The position numbers and the translations under genes were made by a program. Of a stretch of 64,000 nucleotides of DNA, positions 58,945-64,000 are shown piece by piece. How positions within the stretch are numbered: position 1 is the first letter of the stretch; each line of letters starts with the position of its first letter. The DNA comes from Sphingobacteriales bacterium. GTDB taxonomy: Bacteria; Bacteroidota; Bacteroidia; Chitinophagales; Chitinophagaceae. The stretch is from assembly GCA_037443285.1 (NCBI GenBank), contig JBBIOQ010000004.1, positions 23,681 to 87,680 on the forward strand, given 5' to 3'. The notes under the pieces were generated by a model that had not been told where the DNA came from, searched no databases, and worked only from the letters and a program-made list of their open reading frames with translations.

Positions 58945-59223
58945 CTATGCAACCTCCGCCTGTGCAATTGCTGTGAAACCTGACAACCTGTTTAACTCAT
59001 TCTGATAGTCGGCCAGGAAGGATGCGAAAGGCACCTGCAGCGCACAGCAATAGTTGTGTACATCTGCAAAGCGAAGCGGATGAGCGCCCTGTTCCATTTT
59101 GTCGATGGTAGACTTTGAAACACCTAATGCCTGTGCTACATATTCTCTTTTAAGGTTCCTGGCTAACCTGTAGTGATACAAGGTGCGGGCCAAAGCTTTT
59201 TTGATGTGTTGTTGGTTGTGCAT
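58945..59223 (-). CDS. XRE-family helix-turn-helix transcriptional regulator
   Basis: 92 aa from the ATG at 59223. LKREYVAQALGVSKSTIDKMEQG is an XRE-type HTH. It is divergent from the beta-barrel/T9SS cassettes. Confidence 0.75.
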   Translation of the reverse strand: MHNQQHIKKALARTLYHYRLARNLKREYVAQALGVSKSTIDKMEQGAHPLRFADVHNYCCALQVPFASFLADYQNELNRLSGFTAIAQAEVA

Positions 59224-59433
59224 GGGAGTGAAATTTGGTGTTGGCCAAATGTACAATAGATAACCTATTGCGGCAGGGCACTTTAATATAATAAAGTTTA
59301 TAATTAATTGCCGCAGCTCAAAACATGACAATAGTCAGGTAAATGGAAATGGCGTGCATTTAAACTGTATGCAACATACATTTTAAGTAGTGAATGAGTT
59401 ACCAACCTTAGCCAGATGGTTTTAATTTTGGCA

Positions 59434-60000
59434 ATGCAAAAAAGGCAAATAATAAGTCAATCACTATTTACATTAATAATTGTGTTTGCTGGAAAATGTT
59501 CAGTTGGTCAAATAACAAAAGGAAACTGGATGATGGGAGGCGGAGCATCTTTCAGATCAGCCAAATATGAATTTGGAGGAGTTACTACAATACAAACTAC
59601 AGCGCAATTATCCGGCGATGTTGGTTATTTTATCTTAGACAAATTTTCAACTGGCTTGAAGCCCGGCTACAGCAGAACGGAAACGGACAGACCGCACAAC
59701 ATTGCAAATACCTATGTTATTGGGCCATTTGTGAGATTCTATTTTTTGCAGCCGGAAAAGTATGTAAACATATTTTCAGAATTGGGTTATCAATATGGAA
59801 TAACAATGACCAATCAGGGGGTAAAAGAGAATAGTAATAATTTTTCCGGGTTATTGGGCTGTGCAGCATTTTTTAACAGTAATGTGGCGTTGGAATTTAC
59901 CCTTGGATACTCTTCCTACTTGTACAATAATAATAGAGGGAAAGTCAATTCTGTAGTGGCAGGGGTTGGCTTCCATTTTCACCTTGAAAATGAGAAATAA
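59434..60000 (+). CDS. Small outer-membrane beta-barrel protein (8-strand OMP_b-brl-like), cassette 1
   Basis: About 188 aa with a signal peptide. It shows alternating beta-strand patterns and a terminal aromatic motif GVGFHFHLE. It aligns along its full length (partial identity, by eye) with the protein at 61855-62421. Confidence 0.75.
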   Translation: MQKRQIISQSLFTLIIVFAGKCSVGQITKGNWMMGGGASFRSAKYEFGGVTTIQTTAQLSGDVGYFILDKFSTGLKPGYSRTETDRPHNIANTYVIGPFVRFYFLQPEKYVNIFSELGYQYGITMTNQGVKENSNNFSGLLGCAAFFNSNVALEFTLGYSSYLYNNNRGKVNSVVAGVGFHFHLENEK

Positions 60001-60027
60001 TTATTAAAACTCACTAAATGTAATTTT

Positions 60028-60081
60028 ATGAACAAGAAATAATGTCTGGCGTACTGCCTTCTAATAATATCAAGTATTAAT
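60028..60081 (+). other. Remnant signal-peptide coding segment interrupted by an in-frame TAA (60040-60042)
   Basis: ATG AAC AAG AAA TAA TGT CTG GCG TAC TGC CTT CTA ATA ATA TCA AGT ATT AAT is in frame with the ATG at 60082. It translates as MNKK*CLAYCLLIISSIN and parallels MNKHLAKLVCIIGLLSNCN of copy 2. Confidence 0.65.
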
Positions 60082-61728
60082 ATGACTTATTCCCAATTAG
60101 TCATTGACTATTCTGCATGGAGTTCCAATCAATGCAATTCCTTTTACCCATCTACGATTATTAATAATACATTACACATGACAACATGTGGTACAGTTAT
60201 ATATGATAATGTAAATCACGCTATTGAGTTAGACACTAGGGCAGAAAGTAATATTTATAAATGTACAGAATATAAAATTGGCTTCAGTTTTAAGCAAGGA
60301 TATAGTTATACAATAAAATTAAATGCATGGTGCAATACACCAACGTCGCCCGTACCTAACTCCAAGATGAGAGTTGATTTTAACAGTGCATCTAATGGCA
60401 GTGGAGTTTTTTGCAATGGTGTTGAATCGTTTAATATTACTTCCTCATTGACCATCGATAATAACCTGCCACTCAATCCAAGTGTATTTTCAGACTATTC
60501 ATTTCATTTCAACTCATTATCTCAACCACAGAGTTTCTTATACATCGGCGGTTTCCTACCATACATAAATGGAACCGCAACTTCATGGATTTTAATTAAA
60601 AAAGTAAGCATTACTGAGATACCCCCTCCAGTATCATTTACATTATCGCCATCAAATCTCACTATTCCATGTGGTTCTATCACACCTCAAACATTCAGAG
60701 TGACAAATGTTTATAACACCCCAAATGTTGCAAATTACCGTTGGAATTTAGGTGCCAACAATGGCTGGTTATATAATGGTATTGCAGCGCCGGACACAAT
60801 TTCCACGGGAGCTGTAGATTCATTGATGCTTACTCCAGCCTGTAGTGATGTGAAGCATAATATTAGTGTTACAGTAACAGCAGGGGGGAACAATTATCAA
60901 ACAAATTCTGTCAGTGTAAGTAATTCATCACCCACACTTTCAATCAATGGCAGCAGTGCATTCTGTTTGGATTCAAGTTCTTATTTTCTTGATGGTGTGC
61001 CGTGCCGTGCCTCAGTATCCTGGATATCGTCCAATACTAGTATTGCTACCGTAACCTCAACAGGAAATCCTGCAACACTGACAAAAACGGGTGACGGCAC
61101 TTTAACCCTGACGGCCACAGTAAATGGTGTAAATTGTTTGAGTAATAATGCTGCTTTAAAATCAGTGGCTGTGGGAGCGCCGCAGGCCAATAATATTTCA
61201 CTTTGGAATTCGGCGGGCAGCATCACCATAGGACAGCCAGTGGGTTTCGTTGCAGGCTATCCTCCTGCCAATCGCTGTCAAATACAATCAACAGAATGGC
61301 AGGTGCTTAATATGGGCTATTCAATTTATACAGGCAATTTTCCATGTGAACCGGACAATGAGACAAGTAAAAATATTTTCCTTGAATCGGAGGGCACAGC
61401 GTATGTGCAGGCCCGCATTCAAAATAGCTGCGGATGGAGTAACTGGAGTGCTGCGGTGCCCATTCAGGTAAGTTCAGGATACTACTTTTTGGTTTCTCCT
61501 AATCCCGCCACATCAACAATTGCTGTTAGCCCAAAGGCCACTACTACAGACGAGATTTCGGAAATCCGCATTTACGATAACATGGGCAATTTGAAAAAGC
61601 AAATGCGATATAGCAAGGGCACCAAGCGTACGCAACTAAACATTGGTGACCTTGGAAATGGGTATTACTTTATTGAAGTGATTGCTAGCCAAAAAAGGGA
61701 CAGGCAACAATTGATAATACAGCGATAA
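60082..61728 (+). CDS. Cys-rich T9SS-sorted surface protein (variable head + Big_2-like Ig domain + type-A CTD), cassette 1; possibly 5'-disrupted
   Basis: 548 aa. Big_2-like SWISSNTSIATVTSTGNPATLTKTGDGTLTLTATVNG, then a C-terminal Por/T9SS sorting domain (YYFLVSPNPATSTIAV...IRIYDNMGNL...GYYFIEV). As called, it lacks a signal peptide. Confidence 0.82.
   Translation: MTYSQLVIDYSAWSSNQCNSFYPSTIINNTLHMTTCGTVIYDNVNHAIELDTRAESNIYKCTEYKIGFSFKQGYSYTIKLNAWCNTPTSPVPNSKMRVDFNSASNGSGVFCNGVESFNITSSLTIDNNLPLNPSVFSDYSFHFNSLSQPQSFLYIGGFLPYINGTATSWILIKKVSITEIPPPVSFTLSPSNLTIPCGSITPQTFRVTNVYNTPNVANYRWNLGANNGWLYNGIAAPDTISTGAVDSLMLTPACSDVKHNISVTVTAGGNNYQTNSVSVSNSSPTLSINGSSAFCLDSSSYFLDGVPCRASVSWISSNTSIATVTSTGNPATLTKTGDGTLTLTATVNGVNCLSNNAALKSVAVGAPQANNISLWNSAGSITIGQPVGFVAGYPPANRCQIQSTEWQVLNMGYSIYTGNFPCEPDNETSKNIFLESEGTAYVQARIQNSCGWSNWSAAVPIQVSSGYYFLVSPNPATSTIAVSPKATTTDEISEIRIYDNMGNLKKQMRYSKGTKRTQLNIGDLGNGYYFIEVIASQKRDRQQLIIQR
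60628..61586 (+). repeat. Direct repeat copy A (pairs with 63042-64000, offset 2414 bp)
   Basis: About 12 mismatches in the first 184 bp, then no mismatch from 60812 to 61586 versus 63226-64000 (775 bp, checked line by line). The repeat probably continues beyond the window. Confidence 0.95.
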
Positions 61729-61854
61729 AGTTTTCTTATTAAACAATTTGAATGTGAGCCTTGCAAAGACACCGGGCAGATTGTTGATAAATGGTGGCTC
61801 ATGTTCAGGGCAAATGCTTCGCCCAGAACATAGGCTCAACTCAAACGAAAGCAA

Positions 61855-62421
61855 ATGATTAGAATAATATTTATCCCCATCTTGATTGCGTTTTTTTCAT
61901 TTAATTCTAAAAGTCAGATAACAAAAGCAAATTGGCTTATGGGCGGAAGTGGGCGATTCGCAACCCAGAAGGAAACCTATAATTCTTATGTTACCAAGGA
62001 ATTAAATATTCAATTGTCACCTGCTGCAGGATATTTCTTTGCCGACAAATTTGCAGGTGGCCTCAGGGGCAAAGTGATTTATGAAAAAGTGGAATTTAAT
62101 GGTGGCGTAAGCAATAGTACCCAACTGGGAATAGGCCCCTTTTTACGTTACTATTTTCTGAACACAGAAAACCGGTTCAATCTTTTTGCCGAGTCAGCTT
62201 ACCAATACATGTATAGTTCAAGAAACTATGGGGCAGGGATTGACAGGAGTAATGACTTTACTCTTTCAGTAGGCCCTGTAATTTATTTAAATGAAACTCT
62301 TGGCATTGAAGGTGCCATAAACGGTGAATTGTATAATTACGTTGGTGCAAGTATCAGATCGATAACATTCTTTTTCAGTCTTGGTTTTCAAATTCATCTT
62401 GAAAAGGAAAATAGTCAATAA
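61855..62421 (+). CDS. Small outer-membrane beta-barrel protein, cassette 2
   Basis: 188 aa with a signal peptide. It shares the blocks QITK(G/A)NW(M/L)MGG, GPF(V/L)R(F/Y)YFL and a terminal F(H/Q)(F/I)HLE with cassette 1. Confidence 0.75.
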   Translation: MIRIIFIPILIAFFSFNSKSQITKANWLMGGSGRFATQKETYNSYVTKELNIQLSPAAGYFFADKFAGGLRGKVIYEKVEFNGGVSNSTQLGIGPFLRYYFLNTENRFNLFAESAYQYMYSSRNYGAGIDRSNDFTLSVGPVIYLNETLGIEGAINGELYNYVGASIRSITFFFSLGFQIHLEKENSQ

Positions 62422-62438
62422 CAATTAATATCTCCGCA

Positions 62439-64000
62439 ATGAATAAGCATTTAGCAAAATTGGTTTGCATTATTGGGCTGCTTTCCAATTGCAATTGGTG
62501 CAACTCGCAAACAACAATAATTAGCTACTTGAATAGTGGTTTAAGTACATCGGCATGCAACGTATTTAGCCCTTCTGTATCCATTAGTGGAGTGCTCCAC
62601 TCTTCACACGCTGGAGGCGTTACCTTCAATTCAACAAACGGGATCGGCCTTAGTACCTCACCACAAGTAAATCCGTCCAAGGCAACTGCTTATATTATCA
62701 ATTACAATTTTATTCCAGGTCATAATTACAACATAACAATTACAGCTATAGGTAATACAGCATTGCAGATGAAAACTTCAGTTGTTCCAAATTTGGTTCA
62801 ATTTCCAACCAACGGGACTGCGCAATGTCCAACTGACGTAAATGTTAGTTCTTATCAAACTGTCGGTGTTGGGCAATTTTCATCAGCTACATCCACAACA
62901 TCAGCGAATTATAACATACCTCAATTTAGTATACCTGGAACTGCCACTTATCCATATCTGATTGTTTGGGTATCAGGTGGCAATATTTCTCAATCAATCG
63001 ATGTGCTTTATATAAGTCAAGTAGTAATTACACAAACAACTCCAGTATCATTTACATTATCGCCATCAAATCTATCCGTTGCATGTGGTTCTACCACACC
63101 TCAAACATTCAGAGTGACAAATGTTTATAACACCCCAAATGTTACAAATTACCGCTGGAATTTAGGTGCCAACAACGGCTGGTTAAATAATGGTATTGCA
63201 GCGCCGGAAACAATTTCCACGGGAACTGTAGATTCATTGATGCTTACTCCAGCCTGTAGTGATGTGAAGCATAATATTAGTGTTACAGTAACAGCAGGGG
63301 GGAACAATTATCAAACAAATTCTGTCAGTGTAAGTAATTCATCACCCACACTTTCAATCAATGGCAGCAGTGCATTCTGTTTGGATTCAAGTTCTTATTT
63401 TCTTGATGGTGTGCCGTGCCGTGCCTCAGTATCCTGGATATCGTCCAATACTAGTATTGCTACCGTAACCTCAACAGGAAATCCTGCAACACTGACAAAA
63501 ACGGGTGACGGCACTTTAACCCTGACGGCCACAGTAAATGGTGTAAATTGTTTGAGTAATAATGCTGCTTTAAAATCAGTGGCTGTGGGAGCGCCGCAGG
63601 CCAATAATATTTCACTTTGGAATTCGGCGGGCAGCATCACCATAGGACAGCCAGTGGGTTTCGTTGCAGGCTATCCTCCTGCCAATCGCTGTCAAATACA
63701 ATCAACAGAATGGCAGGTGCTTAATATGGGCTATTCAATTTATACAGGCAATTTTCCATGTGAACCGGACAATGAGACAAGTAAAAATATTTTCCTTGAA
63801 TCGGAGGGCACAGCGTATGTGCAGGCCCGCATTCAAAATAGCTGCGGATGGAGTAACTGGAGTGCTGCGGTGCCCATTCAGGTAAGTTCAGGATACTACT
63901 TTTTGGTTTCTCCTAATCCCGCCACATCAACAATTGCTGTTAGCCCAAAGGCCACTACTACAGACGAGATTTCGGAAATCCGCATTTACGATAACATGGG
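62439..64000 (+). CDS. Cys-rich T9SS-sorted surface protein, cassette 2 (3' end beyond window)
   Basis: Open frame from the ATG at 62439 to the window edge; it is not in the ORF track because it has no stop. It has an intact signal peptide MNKHLAKLVCIIGLLSNCNWCNSQ and a head that differs from copy 1. From codon 202 it matches copy 1. Confidence 0.85.
   Translation, partial: MNKHLAKLVCIIGLLSNCNWCNSQTTIISYLNSGLSTSACNVFSPSVSISGVLHSSHAGGVTFNSTNGIGLSTSPQVNPSKATAYIINYNFIPGHNYNITITAIGNTALQMKTSVVPNLVQFPTNGTAQCPTDVNVSSYQTVGVGQFSSATSTTSANYNIPQFSIPGTATYPYLIVWVSGGNISQSIDVLYISQVVITQTTPVSFTLSPSNLSVACGSTTPQTFRVTNVYNTPNVTNYRWNLGANNGWLNNGIAAPETISTGTVDSLMLTPACSDVKHNISVTVTAGGNNYQTNSVSVSNSSPTLSINGSSAFCLDSSSYFLDGVPCRASVSWISSNTSIATVTSTGNPATLTKTGDGTLTLTATVNGVNCLSNNAALKSVAVGAPQANNISLWNSAGSITIGQPVGFVAGYPPANRCQIQSTEWQVLNMGYSIYTGNFPCEPDNETSKNIFLESEGTAYVQARIQNSCGWSNWSAAVPIQVSSGYYFLVSPNPATSTIAVSPKATTTDEISEIRIYDNM
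63042..64000 (+). repeat. Direct repeat copy B (pairs with 60628-61586)
   Basis: See copy A. The duplicated ORF-track entries 60981-61229/63395-63643 and 61250-61471/63664-63885 have identical translations. Confidence 0.95.

Noticed and set aside
58678-59433. An integrase, transposase or tRNA boundary marking the AT-richer island as a mobile element.
   Set aside because: No recombinase-like ORF, tRNA gene or flanking direct or inverted repeat is visible at the left border. The right border is outside the window, so mobility cannot be claimed.
60981-61229. Duplicated short ORFs: 60981-61229 (-) is identical to 63395-63643 (-), and 61250-61471 (+) is identical to 63664-63885 (+). These could have been a repeated small-gene pair or a mobile element.
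   Set aside because: They are off-frame or antisense shadows inside the duplicated 3' halves of the two T9SS cargo genes. The duplication itself is real and is reported, but these ORFs are not genes.

Overview
This is a chromosomal segment from a member of the Bacteroidota. The evidence is two SusC/SusD pairs, type-A T9SS C-terminal sorting domains, SD-poor A/C-rich leaders and TAnnTTTG-like -7 boxes. I could not assign a finer taxon from sequence alone.

Most of the window is dense, ordinary core genome:
- Housekeeping genes: cysS, tig, recA, rlmD, recO, gatB, psd, cdsA.
- Envelope and lipid genes: an SPFH protein, two membrane-anchored EEP phosphoesterase paralogs, two rhomboids, an FA2H-like hydroxylase, a front-end-type desaturase and an MMPL/RND exporter.
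- Nutrient uptake: one TonB-dependent receptor and two SusC/SusD pairs with no adjacent CAZymes.
- Also present: a NarL-type two-component operon and assorted metabolic enzymes.

I saw no rRNA, tRNA, CRISPR array, transposase or integrase.

The most unusual region is the AT-richer 3' end (about 58.9-64.0 kb). An XRE-type regulator sits divergent from at least two tandem cassettes. Each cassette has a small outer-membrane beta-barrel gene followed by a Cys-rich, T9SS-sorted surface protein. The cargo proteins have highly diverged N-terminal heads of about 200 aa, but their 3' parts are nearly identical, with the last 775 bp before the window edge 100% identical. The first cargo copy carries an in-frame TAA inside what looks like its ancestral signal peptide.

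Other points worth a second look:
- A rhomboid paralog that lacks the catalytic serine.
- A 7-TM module separated from a stub histidine kinase by a 31-nt out-of-frame overlap.
- A GH9-deacetylase fusion.
- Heptamer, octamer and 14-mer tandem arrays in several intergenic spacers.
- A GC-rich hairpin cluster at 330-505.

All functional calls come from motif recognition by eye. No database search was run.
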